DNA of 63,602 nt, the filler included, from Octopus bimaculoides (Eukaryota): NCBI RefSeq assembly GCF_001194135.2. It is 4 parts of 4 records of this genome, joined end to end, with 100 filler letters (N's around TTAATTAATTAA, not from the genome) between each part and the next. Parts side by side here need not be neighbours in the genome. Positions count along the whole stretch, not along the records: positions 1 to 16,799 come from NC_069001.1; positions 16,900 to 45,830 come from NC_068988.1; 2 more parts are not named here. One strand, 5' to 3'. Within the stretch, counting starts at the first letter, position 1, and each line of letters opens with the position of its first letter. Position numbers and translations under genes: made by a program. Below, one piece after another: positions 12,872 to 25,194 of this stretch. The notes beneath the pieces were generated by a model. That model had not been told where the DNA came from. It saw only the letters and a program-made list of their open reading frames with translations, and made no database searches.

Positions 12872-15049
12872 TGATGTGACTCTGAGAGATCGCAACAGCG
12901 GTGTCTCAACGTCCACTTTATGTTAGAAAATCGGGTCTAATTTGTTGTGAATTCATTCGCGACTTTAGATTTACTTAGTTTTGGTTTGGCAGTGGTAAAA
13001 TCTGTTTCACATATAATCACTTCAAAATTACATGATTGTTCTTTGTGTCATAAGTTTCTATTTTTATTATACGCAGTCATTCTCAGTTAATTTGATTGGT
13101 TCACATGTTATTAAAACTCATCGTATTATGTGGACAGCTATAATTAAGTTGAAGCTGTTTTATACGATTTTTGTAGAGATGGCTGAGGGAGGTGTCTTAT
13201 TAATGTAACGTCGAGCTGCGATCAGACATTGCTGCAGCATCTTTTTTATTACTTGGTCCCAAAATAACTGTCCTAATTATTGTAACCTAACTATCGCATA
13301 TTTATTGGACAATTCTTATCAACAGAAACGTACACAGTATATAGAATGAAAAACGCATATTGATAAATATGTTTCTCGTCCACGCATATTTTCAAAAATC
13401 TAATTAATAACAAACAATCGCTAGCCCCTCGTCACATAAAGTAATCTTCAATAAAAACACAAGAATAAAACACAGAAACACCAGAGGCAAATGGACTCAC
13501 AGAAAATTACATATTCCCCTCTCCTCACAGTCAACCAATATTAGCAACTGTCGTTGCTACGCATCTGATTGCATCTCCTTTTTTCATTAAAAATCCCTAG
13601 CCTCAATTAAAAAGAAAAGACATTTCTTGCAGATACAGAAAATTATTCAGTAGACAATATCTGAAACAGTGACTCAATTGGACTTCTGATAAAAGAATTA
13701 AATAATGTGTAAGCCGACTGCATGGGCAGGGTCTAACTGAATTCGATTTTAAGTAATCATGCAGCGTTGAAGCAATTCGAAACGAAACAGAAGTCATCTC
13801 TATAAAACCAAATATTAACATTAACACCAGGTGTAAATAATGCAAAGTATAGTTAATGGTTAATTTCAACAACAATATCTCAACTATGTTTGTTACATCA
13901 GAAATACAGAAAAGATGAATACAACAACACAGTCCAGTTATATCTGGAGCTTGAAAAACACGCTACCGGTTTCAACATAACCTCGGAAAATGACGTAGTC
14001 TCGGCAGATAAAGGACAAAATTTTGTGGATTACCGTAGCTACGAAGAGCTTCAATTATTCTTGCGTGTTCATTTCCATGAAGCAGGGGAGAGGAGTATTT
14101 AACTATTAACTAGAAACAATCATGCTCCTGAACTTTTTCCTTTTCAGTTTTCGCCCAATAAGAAATTATTCCCATCTCACTAGATTTTTATAATGATATA
14201 TGCATTGTGCTATATAACTTTTCGCACTCATTTCTAATCAGTTGGAACAACATTCTGTGAGTCACATTTTTAATATCTTCATTTTCTATATACTTTTCTG
14301 TATTCATAAATATCCTGGGAAATAATTCTCCTCTAAAAATATGCATGTAACGAATTATATCGCTTGAAATTTTCAGACCTATGACATAATACCAGAAATT
14401 TCCACATATAGCCAGGTTACTTTACGAACTGATTTAGTTAATGGAATTATGATTGCTTGTGATATACTAAGCATTCGTCTGTACTGAACACTTTATTATC
14501 GCTCACAGAACACATTTTATTAAATTGAATTATATTATATTATATATTTTATATATGCATGTAAATATGCATATAAGTATTCATATATCATACGTACATC
14601 CATGCATATATGTCAGAGGATATAGAAAAGAATAGAAAATCTATTATAAAGGGGAAAAAATATATGTGCTTGTGTTTGGATATCGACTATACATGATATA
14701 CGAATGGGAATTTTAAATACAAGCGAACAGACAAATACACAGACCACACTCAGACATACTTGCTCTCACACGCACGCTCACACATACGGACTAATATGGA
14801 TATATTTCTGTTCATTACGTATATGCATGTGGATGAGAAGAAAAGAAATATGGCAAAATTCAATGAAACTCAATATTTCTATAATCTATGAGAAATAAGG
14901 CATTTCGTTAACAGATAAGAATGAATGAATGAATGAATGAATGAATAAATAAATAAATAAATAAATAAATAAATAGGCCAAAGACGGAGTTCTGATTAAT
15001 TCCAGAGATAAAAAGGGAAATAAAGGACTGAAATAATTTTTGAAGAAAC

Positions 15050-15115
<66 letters not shown>

Positions 15116-15770
15116 TAATAATGCGAAACAAAAAAAAATAAACGAAAAAAATACAACTAGAATAACGAAGACAGCAAATGCTGGAGAATCTCGTCATCAG
15201 AACAAAACAGCGGCACCGAACCAGCGAAGCATCACTCATAAGTATCAGCAGGGACTGCAAAAGAATGGCGAACAAAAGGGTGACGTATAAGGGAGACAAT
15301 TCAGTGGAAGAAGAAGCAAAAAAGAAAAAGAAAAAAGATGATTAAATTAATTGCATTTTATTTCTACATGACTTATTTTATGTAATTAGCTATATTAGTT
15401 CTTCTTCTTCTGCTGCTGCTGCTGTTGTTGACTTCTGCTGCTGCTGCCGCTGTTTCGGCTTCTTCCCAGCCATTCCCCCCATGTGAGTCGACAAATTGAA
15501 AAATGCTGCTCTCGTAAGTTGTTTAGCTGGAGAGAGAAAGCAAGCAAATATCTAAGCCTGTTAATTTAATTCATGCTATTTATTTAATGTTATTGAAACT
15601 CCATAGGAAAAGATGTGATTTTTTCATTAATTAGTTTTTTTTTTCTTTTTGTTTCTGTTTTTTTTTTCCCGTCTTCTAAAGATTCCTTACATTAGTACAA
15701 GACCATAAAATTAAAAGAAAGGATTTCTGACAAAATGGACTCTAGTACACTACTGCTATATATTTCATCA

Positions 15771-16075
15771 GTGGAGGCGCAATGGCCCAGTGGTTGGGGC
15801 AGCGGACTATCGGTCGTAGGATCGAGGTTTCGATTCCCAGACCGGACGTTGTGGGTGTTTATTGAACGGAAACTCCCACAGCACCAACAGACCTCGGCAG
15901 GGGTGGTGGCGAACCCCGCTGTACTCTTTCACCACAACTTTATCCCACTTTTTCTTTGCGTTTCTGTTGTACCTGTATTTCAAAGGGCCAGCTTTGTCAC
16001 ACTCTTTGTCATGTTGAATCTCTCTGAGAATTACGTCATGGGTACACGTGTCTATGGAGTACTCACCCACGTGAA
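15771..16075 (+). mobile_element. tRNA-derived SINE (family C)
   Basis: A-box TGGCCCAGTGG and B-box-like GGTTTCGATTCC run into a non-tRNA body. The body's 3' part (AAGGGTACACGTGTCT...CTCA-type) recurs near 40230. Confidence 0.7.
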
Positions 16076-16159
16076 TACTCCGGAAGGTGCTCGAAAAATG
16101 AGAGGTGTTACCTTAGTTCACTGGTAGTACATCTCCAGCGTTAGAGGCTGTGCAAAGGC

Positions 16160-16165
16160 AACAAC

Positions 16166-16196
<31 letters not shown>

Positions 16197-16544
16197 GTAA
16201 CAACAAAAATAACAACAGCAGCAACAATAATGCCAATGATTGATGATGATGATGATGATGATGATGTGAATGATGATGATGATGATAGCCAAAATAATAA
16301 TACCAATAACACCAGCAACAATAACAAGCAACAATAAAGGAGAAAAATAACGATGGTGAGGGAGAGGGAGAAGAAGAGAGGGATCAGGAGAATAACAACA
16401 ACAACAACAATAATAAAAAACAACAACCACATATTACAAAGTAACGACAAGAATAAGAAAACATAACAACAATAATTATAACAGCAACGACAAAAATATA
16501 ATAAAGGGAGAACGATAATATTAATAATAATAATAATAATAATA

Positions 16545-16581
<37 letters not shown>

Positions 16582-16585
16582 TGAC
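16160..16585. repeat. Compound (AAT)n/(GAT)n/(AAC)n microsatellite
   Basis: Seen directly. Confidence 0.85.
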
Positions 16586-16755
16586 ATTAGTAAAATATTG
16601 GCGAGAGGAATGACAGCTTCCTTGTAAAGATGTATTTTGGTTGTTAATAATTATAGTGAAAGACTGGCACTTACAGATTTTATGGTGGACTCATTTCTAT
16701 CGCCATATTCGACATTAACGATAGGTGTTTATTTCATACATACATACATACATAC

Positions 16756-16799
<44 letters not shown>

Positions 16800-16899
16800 N
16801 NNNNNNNNNNNNNNNNNNNNNNNNNNNNNNNNNNNNNNNNNNNTTAATTAATTAANNNNNNNNNNNNNNNNNNNNNNNNNNNNNNNNNNNNNNNNNNNN
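16800..16899. other. Artificial 100-bp assembly spacer (44N-TTAATTAATTAA-44N)
   Basis: Identical structure at 45831-45930 and 60232-60331. The 12-mer is palindromic and has stops in all six frames. Confidence 0.9.
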
Positions 16900-16957
<58 letters not shown>

Positions 16958-16999
16958 ACTTCGTAGATTTTACATCAGTAAAATACTTTCTAACAGTAA

Positions 17000-18340
17000 A
17001 TACTTTCTAACACTACGAAAATATCTGAACGCTTCATGTGGCAAACCATTTGTTATTCCAATGTGCTAGGGGGTGCCCAAAGACCATACAACAGACAGTT
17101 ATTTCCGCCTTGCATGGCCCAAAGGGATCACTTCAAAAGGAAAGAGCTTAACTACATACTTTAACATCCATTTAGTAATGAGACTAATTCCGCACAATTC
17201 TCGGCTTTCACTGACCATATCCTCGTGAGCAAATTACTTTTAGCGATGAGGCGTTAAATAAAGCTGTGACATACCAATAAGAATATAAAGACATTTCTGA
17301 TCAGAAATTCCAGTCTACACGTTCCTCCTTTGAAGCTATATTTACAGTCACAAGACCTTGATACCATAGTCTGTGTATGAATTGTTCAAAGAGGCAATTG
17401 TACGCTTAAAGAATTCAAATCTGTTGCTCCGTGGTAAGAACGATTTTGTATTCTGCAGCTACCATGATGAATTCAAAGCATGATTCTTCCATGAGCATAA
17501 ACTTGTCCTTTGTAAAGATGGTAATTCAGTGATTGGAAGTTCTTAGCCAAATAACATATTATGGGTTACTGGTGATTATTCATCGATTCTGAAATAATCT
17601 GCTTGAAAGCAATCCTTTACGATTTTAATAAACAGCTATTTTTACCTACTGTACATGCCGCGAATATAAAGTGGTTGTATGACATGACGTTCCTTTTAGA
17701 AAAGGATCTCTATCAGAAATATAAGTGGAATGTTTGTGCAACAGTTTCACTAAACACTGTTGTTATTTATGTAAATGATATATTAGCGTTTTGGCCAAAC
17801 ACATCTCACGTTCTAAACAAGAAAAATGTGACTCTGAGAAAATGTTCCTTCCACATTTTATGTCAAACATAAGTTTATGGAAAACTTTGTTAAATCGACA
17901 AAGAGCAAAGTAGAATCAAATAATTGAAAAATAGTTACTTCGAACCAGTGAAGCCAAATTTAAGATGATATTTTTGCTGTCCCTCAGATTAGAAGAATTG
18001 TTAAGAAATGAGAAATTCTAAGGAGAATAACATGCGGTTGAGAGAGCTGCGAGGCAAAGTTTCTAAATTTCATGCAAACTTTTTGGAAAATCGCAAGTAA
18101 GAAAACTAATCAGCAATAGTTGTTGACCTTAAGTTTTACCAAACAATGGGAGCGCATTTGTTAGATTTTCAGTTCTTCAGGAGAAACTGGGTGTGGTAAG
18201 TATTTTCATTAAAATATGTCTTCTGTTACTGTGAAAAAGCATTCTTAAAACAACCCCCATTAATACTGCCGATTGTTGCTGGATGCTTATAAAAGAAATA
18301 TCTGAGGCAAAGTACAACGGAAAAATCAAGCTAAGGTACT
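17000..18340 (+). mobile_element. Second decayed Chapaev-3-like transposase remnant
   Basis: Translated blocks include PFVIPMC*GVPKDHTTDSYF...KGITSK, RHDEFK..FFHEHKLVLCKD, LKAILYDFNKQLFLPTVHAANIK..FLLEK...KYKWNVC and EAKFKDDIFAVPQIR, in family order. It has many stops and frameshifts. Confidence 0.65.
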
Positions 18341-18663
18341 CTTTAAGCTAGAGGTGTTCTTTAATATTTTAATGATTGTCTTATGAAGCACATCTTTATA
18401 AAGAAAACTGCATGCCACAGGAAAATCTCACCTGAAACAGAAAAGTTAGAATCTAATTCAGGTTCAGCAGAGAGATTCTTATGTATTTTCATTTTTGGGA
18501 CACAGAAAACATGTTAAGCCCTTAGCTATACCACTCGAAAACGAAAAAAAAAAAAAAAAAAAAAANNNNNNNNNNTATGGTTAAAGGCTTTTCTGGATGG
18601 TTAAACAATGCAGAATGGTATTTGCTCTATATTGCATGAAGTCATAAAGTATTCTAAATAATA

Positions 18664-19072
18664 AGCGCAGGCATGGCTGTGTGGCAAGAAGCTTGCTTCC
18701 TAATCACATGGTTCCGGGTTCAGTCCCACTTGCATGACACCTTGGGCAAGTGTCTTCTACTATAGTCTCGGGTCGACCAAAGCCTTGTGAGTGAATTTGG
18801 TATATGGAAACTGAAAGAAGCCCATCGTATATATATATATTTGTGTGTGTATGTCTTTGTGACTGAGTTTGTCCCCACACCATCGCTTGACAACTGGTGT
18901 TGGTGTGTTTATATCCCCGTAATTTAGTGGTCCAGCAAAAGAGACTGATAGAATAAGTACTGGGATTACAAAGATTAAGTCCTAGAGTTGATTTGTTCGA
19001 CTAAAACCCTTTAAGGCGGTGCACCAGCATGGCCACAGTCAAATGACTGAAACAAGTAAAAGAGGAAAAGAG
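18664..19072 (+). mobile_element. Near full-length tRNA-derived SINE (family A)
   Basis: tRNA-like head (TGGCTGTGTGG...GGTTCAGTCCC), conserved core, internal (TA)/(TG) tract and CAAGTAAAAGAG tail. It is colinear with 24383-24767. Confidence 0.85.
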
Positions 19073-21048
19073 TAATCTATCATGCAATAAATAAAAAGAA
19101 AAGTTTATTCTAATATATTCTAGTTATGGAGTGAAATTCCAAGTTAATCTATTAATAGATACTAAGGAGGGAGATCTATGATATACAGCACATATAGCCA
19201 CTAATGTTTAGATTTTAGAAATTCTTTTAGTTAATTCATCTTTGAAGGAATAGTTAGACCAAGCTCTAATACGATGACTTGAGACTGAGGTAAGCTTTTA
19301 ATAAGTCAGTTGAGATTTCATATTAATGGTAGGTACTGATTTTCTTCTTTGATGCTGCTGCTGGCTTTCGGAGCAGAATGAACATCATAAAATGTACATT
19401 TATTTTCTACTCTTGAATGAAGCCACCAACATTACTAACACAGAAAGAGAGTTACAAACGTCACAACATTCCAGATATCAGGTCACTGAGCAGAATTAGA
19501 AGAAAATGTTCTTTAAAAAACTAATCTTCATGCAGTGTTTTGAAGAAAATATTAATGAATATAAACTAGTTTTCTCCATTCATAGATGATTTCTTAGGTT
19601 TATATATAAACCTAAGGTTCATATCTTGGTTGGATAACGACAGAGAAGAATTAAGTAATCTGTCATAAAATGCAACAAAGCTCTTGTGCAGATTTGAAAT
19701 AAACAGCTGTTACGGCCTATGAAATTTCAGCAGTTGCGCTTAACTGGGAATTTGCACGCGATGGTGTGTGCGTGTATGTGTGTGTGTGTGTGTGTGTGTA
19801 TACGCGCGTGTGTGTGCGTATGTATGTGTGTGCGTGTATGTGTGTATGTGTGTATGTGTGTGTATAGTTGTGTGTATACGTGTATCTAAAAGTAAGTTAC
19901 GATATATTTTGCGACATTATACTATACTAAACAGAATATAAAGTTATTTTGATTCACCGGAGTAATAATAATTGTTTCCAGGAAAACTGTTAATTACTGG
20001 ACTCATTAAGAATGAAAGCTAATTCTGGCGCATACAGAGAGAGAGGGGGGGAGTGGAATTACAAACAGAGGTATAAAATGGTCAAAACATGAGAAAAACA
20101 AAAGGATGAGAAAAGAAAAGTGAGGATATTTTTCATATATTCAAATAACCACGATGGGGAAATAAAAAGTATACATTTGTATTGATGTCTTCTAGTGGTA
20201 CAGAACATCATATTTAAAGGAAGAGCAAATGATGTGATGTGTTAGGTACCAGACAAGCTACTCCAAAGAAGTAAGAGTAATGACCGTTAGAAACAAGAAC
20301 GCTGGTTTACAAGGAGCTGTTAAGCGTGAGAGGCTATGAACGCTATATTAAAAGTTTAAATTAATTAGAGGAAGGCATAATGGACCGCAGTAAAATCCAA
20401 AAATCTGAAGTTTAAAAAAATGGAAAACAATGGCAAACTAAAAACCAGAAAAGGAGGAAGGGAGAGAATCCAATGAATTCATTATATATTATTACTCCTT
20501 ATGTAAACAAACTTATATACTGAGGTAAAACTAAGCAAAGATTGTAAATATAATAAATTAAACATCCAGAGCATTGTATCATATTAAGATACGGTTATTA
20601 ACCTAAATAAATGGTAATGCATGGTACAAAACTATCATGTGATGAAATAGTAATAAACATGCTTACGAGAACAAGATCGAAATTATGTAAGTAAAGTTAC
20701 GAGTATGCTTCAAACTCAACGAATGTAGCGTTACTGCTGGGAAAGACTTGCTGAACGAACTATGGAAGGGGAAAGAGTAAAAACAACTGGCGTTAGATTA
20801 AGATATAATTATTATTTAAGATAATATTTTAATGATATTTTACCTGTTAATGTTATAATAAATATAAAAATAAATTAAATATTATCATTGTTACTATTAT
20901 TGTTAATGTCTAAAGTTAAAGGTAAATACTAAGCTGGGTGATTGTGCATACCAGTCGTAAGGCGGTCGTCCACTAGAGAGAATGTCATTAGGTGAAAAAA
21001 TAAAAATAATAATAATAATAATAACTAAAATTAGTAAGAAGCATGAAA

Positions 21049-21411
21049 TTAACGATAAGAACTGAAGGTGTGTTTCTTCCAATGCTGGCATCTGTATGCT
21101 CTCTGTGTTATCTGGTTTACTAGATAATTCTTGGAGAACAGAATGTGGAAAAACTCCAAGTTACAAAGAGGACAAAAATCCTTACCTTTGTCGCAGGGTA
21201 ACGAGGTAGCCAATATTGACCATTCCAAAGAGAATTGTTTATTGCAATCCTTAAGTTTCCAGATTAATTTGCTTAGACCGGTACTATTAATTTTACTCCT
21301 ATCCCTAAAGGAAGAATAATGGTTGGAAATTCTCCTGGAGACCTGCGTCGAGGAGCTACCTACATAATGCGAGACGTCTGTGTTAGTCATTACCTTACAT
21401 TGATAAACCAC
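21049..21411 (-). mobile_element. Penelope-like element GIY-YIG endonuclease remnant
   Basis: ORF VYQCKV...HYVGSS..RRISNH...LSKLIWKLKD...WSIL...CPLCNLE...RCQH is a GIY-YIG with a C-terminal Cys/His motif. No RT lies upstream. Confidence 0.75.
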
Positions 21412-21469
21412 ATTTTTGGTCCTGGCATTTACGTTTGGGATTAAAAGCTGTGCTTCCAGGTGAATTGCC

Positions 21470-21600
21470 CCCTTTTATTTTACTGGTGTCAGACATTAGA
21501 CAGCGGCTATGCTGGGAGCACTGCCTTGAAGGTATTTGATTGATCACATCGAATCCAGTACTCATTTTACCAAGTATGACATTTATTTTATCGATCGCAG
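21470..21600 (-). mobile_element. SINE family A 3' tail fragment (diverged)
   Basis: GCGGCTATGCTGGGAGCACTGCCTTGAAGG...ATCGAATCCAGTACT resembles the reverse complement of the family A tail. Confidence 0.45.
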
Positions 21601-22094
21601 TTGCAGGATACACAGATAAAGATAGAACTGCAAACGTAGTATACATTTTGCTCATGTCCTACAGATTTCAAAGATGTGAACATTATCAGATGTGGCTCTT
21701 ACGTTAAGCAAATTTGGCTGCCCTTAATATATACATATACATACATGCATACATACATACATACATAATACAAATATATATATATANNNNNNNNNNNNNN
21801 NNNNNNNNNNNNNNNNNNNNNNNNNNNNNNNNNNNNNNNNNNNNNNNNNNNNNNNNNNNNNNNNNNNNNNNNNNNNNNNNNNNNNNNNNNNNNNNNNNNN
21901 NNNNNNNNNNNNNNNNNNNNNNNNNNNNNNNNNNNNNNNNNNNNNNNNNNNNNNNNNNNNNNNNNNNNNNNNNNNNNNNNNNNNNNNNNNNNNNNNNNNN
22001 NNNNNNNNNNNNNNNNNNNNNNNNATATACATATATATATATATATATGTACACACATTCTATTGTGTCTGGGTGAGTCATTCACTTTTATGTA

Positions 22095-22305
22095 TAAATC
22101 TATGTCTGTGTATTTGTTCTCACCAACACTTGACAACGTACGTCGGTTTGTTTACATCCCTGGAAGTTAACAGTTCGGCAAAAGCTTCCGACAGAATAAA
22201 TAACAGACTTTAAAAAAAATAGATATTGGAGTCGATTCATCCGACTAAAATCCTTCAAGATGTTACATCCATATGACTGCAGTCCAATGAATTATACAAG
22301 TAAAA
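22095..22305 (+). mobile_element. SINE family A 3' half (diverged)
   Basis: CTTGACAAC...GTTTACATCCC...GTTCGGCAAAAG...CGACTAAAATCCTTCAAG...CAAGTAAAAGATAAAA parallels 18880-19072. Confidence 0.55.
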
Positions 22306-22310
22306 GATAA

Positions 22311-23165
22311 AACCCTGCCTTTCCGGATATTTCAATCACAAACATGGATGGAAGAATAGAAATAGACATGTTCTATAATTCCATGAACTCCAACCACTAC
22401 CTTCTGTTCACATCATGTCATCCAAAACATACGAAGCTGATCAGTCCTTTTAACATAGCAAAGCGTATTCGCACCATATCAGACCCATCTAAACGTGAAC
22501 AAAGACTGGATGAAATGAAGAACAAACTTGCTCAAAGAGCATTCTCACTAGGTATAATCACCAATGGCATGAACAGGGCAAAACATATTGATATCCAAGA
22601 ATTAAGGAAAACGAAAAAAATAAAACAAGAAAAGATGTTTTACCATATGCTCAACCTTTAACTCGAAAAACATCGAAATATTTGAGCACATCCAAAAAAC
22701 TTCCCCATCCTATCTGTAGATGAGCAAAATAAAGAAAATTCTGGAAAGACACCGAATCATTAAAAGCAAAAGACAGCCCAAAACAATAAAACAAACTCTA
22801 CCTTCCTATACCTAACTGAAGGACCAGAATACAAATTTAAAGATGGCCAAACTTTCAAAGTAAAAGTCAACTTCATCTGCAACTTACAAACTTTAATTTC
22901 TGCAATCATATACGGTGGATATCAGCAAAACTACATTGGACAGATGGGCGTGTCAGTACGCAAAAGAATGACGGTTAACCATCAAGAGATCGGAGACGAA
23001 AATACAAGGAAAATTCTTTTAAGTCGTTACATTACAGCTTGTGCAGGAATGGAGTTACCTAACTTCAAAATCTTCCCTCTCTACAAATGGTCAGACCTTT
23101 TCACAAAACAACAAAGAATGATTAAAGAAAAACAAGTTATTAACAAATATTAATCACTATTAAAC
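22311..23165 (+). mobile_element. Penelope-like element 3' remnant (RT thumb/linker plus GIY-YIG)
   Basis: LPFPDISI...IDMFYNSMNSNHYLLFTSCHPKHTK..PFNIAKRIRTIS is followed by FKVKVNFICN...QQNYIGQMGVSVRKRMTV and ...RMIKEKQVINKY. It is frameshifted. Confidence 0.8.
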
Positions 23166-24137
23166 ATGGAACTATCCACCATTAGTCGTCAATAAATTAG
23201 GATCTATAGTTTACAAACCCTCATCATCATTTTACTGTGAGTTTATGAGTCTTCAACTGTCTCCAAAAATGGAAATTTATGTGTATAAATAAATTATCTG
23301 CCTCGTGTCGTGTGTGTGTGTGTGTGTGTGTATGTCTGTGCGCACGCACTTGTATATGCACCTGTTATGGAGAGTTCCAGCTACATACTCACGTTCATAC
23401 ATGGAAAACAAACAAACACACACACACACACNNNNNNNNNNNNNNNNNNNNNNNNNNNNNNNNNNNNNNNNNNNNNNNNNNNNNNNNNNNNNNNNNNNNN
23501 NNNNNNNNNNNNNNNNNNNNNNNNNNNNNNNNNNNNNNNNNNNNNNNNNNNNNNNNNNNNNNNNNNNNNNNNNNNNNNNNNNNNNNNNNNNNNNNNNNNN
23601 NNNNNNNNNNNNNNNNNNNNNNNNNNNNNNNNNNNNNNNNNNNNNNNNNNNNNNNNNNNNNNNNNNNNNNNNNNNNNNNNNNNNNNNNNNNNNNNNNNNN
23701 NNNNNNNNNNNNNNNNNNNNNNNNNNNNNNNNNNNNNNNNNNNNNNNNNNNNNNNNNNNNNNNNNNNNNNNNNNNNNNNNNNNNNNNNNNNNNNNNNNNN
23801 NNNNNNNNNNNNNNNNNNNNNNNNNNNNNNNNNNNNNNNNNNNNNNNNNNNNNNNNNNNNNNNNNNNNNNNNNNNNNATATATATATATATAGGGATGGT
23901 GTTATTAAAATAGCATCACGAGTGGTAAGCGAATTATCAGCCGTACAGGCAAATTAATAAAATATATACATACAATATGACTACATGAGTGCCTATATCG
24001 CTAAAAAATAGAAGTCAAAAAATACTTCTGTACCACCGAATAGATTCAAATCTATTACAAACATGATAGGAAAAAATATCTGTAATAGATATATGATATA
24101 TATATATACAGAGAGAGAGATAGAGAGAGAGACTGAC

Positions 24138-24187
<50 letters not shown>

Positions 24188-24382
24188 ACACAGAGAGAGA
24201 GAGAGAGAGAGAGAGACTGACAGAGAGACAGAGATAGAGAGACAGAGACAGAGAGAAAGAGAGATATGTACACATAAATATACTTACGCACAGTTGGACA
24301 GATACAAGCTAACACAGATACAAACGTATACATGTGTGTGTGTGTGTGTGTGTGCGTGTGTGTACGTATAAATATGTGTGCG

Positions 24383-24534
24383 TGTGTGTAAGAAGCTTGC
24401 TTTCCAACCATATAGTTCCGGGTTCAGTCCCACTGCGCGGCACCTTGGGCAAGTGTCATCTACTATAGCCTCGGGTCGACCATAGCCTTGTGAGTGGATT
24501 TGGTAGACGGAAACTGAAAGAAGCTCGTCGTATA

Positions 24535-24567
<33 letters not shown>

Positions 24568-24767
24568 TCATCCCCACTATCGCTCGACAACCAATGTTGG
24601 TGTGTTTACGTCCCTGTAACTTAGCGTTTTGGCAAAAGAGAATGATAGAATAAGTACTAAGTTTACATAGAATAAGTCCAAGGGTAGATTTGTTCAACTA
24701 AAATGCGATGCTCCAGCATGACCGCAGTCAAATGACTGAAACAAGTAAAAAAATAAAAAAATAAAAG
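24383..24767 (+). mobile_element. Near full-length SINE family A
   Basis: Colinear with 18664-19072 over head, core and tail. Confidence 0.85.
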
Positions 24768-24779
24768 AACAATATAAGT

Positions 24780-24823
<44 letters not shown>

Positions 24824-25029
24824 CACACACACACACAGTTGTCGGCTGTCTATCTACTCCTCATTTCGATCATTGAACGACAATATGAGTCTTCGAAGAC
24901 AATTGCTACCATAAGTACCAAACTAAAATTTGGGATTTATGGAGGGTCAAAGTTGGGAACAAAAGCAGGACATTGCAGACATACAAGGAAACCGAACAAA
25001 AACAAACATAGAGGGTCGTTAGACCAGAA

Positions 25030-25194
25030 GTAGGGTGTCGATATCTTCCACCATCATCACTACAAGAAGTGGAGACTGTTTTACCTGAAGAATGGACAAA
25101 AATTCCTTTGGAAACAATTCAAACTTTGTACGAGTCTATAACTCATAGAATTCAAGCTGTAATTAATGCCACAGGTGGTCCTATCCTATATTAA
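25030..25194 (+). mobile_element. Tc1-like transposase C-terminal fragment
   Basis: Translates PPSSLQEVETVLPEEWTKIPLETIQTLYESITHRIQAVINATGGPILY*, a typical Tc1 C-terminus. Confidence 0.65.

Noticed and set aside
14149-14176. FSPNKK after an acceptor, resembling PTEN FSPNFK
   Set aside because: In PTEN this motif ends an exon after DKANKD. Here it starts right after an AG and hits a stop within a few codons.
14886-15299. Signal-peptide-like ORF (MSPLYVTLLFAILLQ...) and a minus-strand acceptor at 15255 giving PADTYE*
   Set aside because: The ORF starts at TTG and runs into (ATT)n. The alternative exon is too short to identify and has no partner exon.
15771-15850. tRNA-like sequences with A and B boxes (also 18664, 24383, 57400)
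   Set aside because: They continue directly into SINE bodies, are degenerate, and I could not fold convincing cloverleaves. They are SINE heads, not tRNA genes.
16844-16855. TTAATTAATTAA palindrome as a biological motif (also 45875, 60276)
   Set aside because: It is always centred in exactly 44N+12+44N, which marks an assembly spacer.
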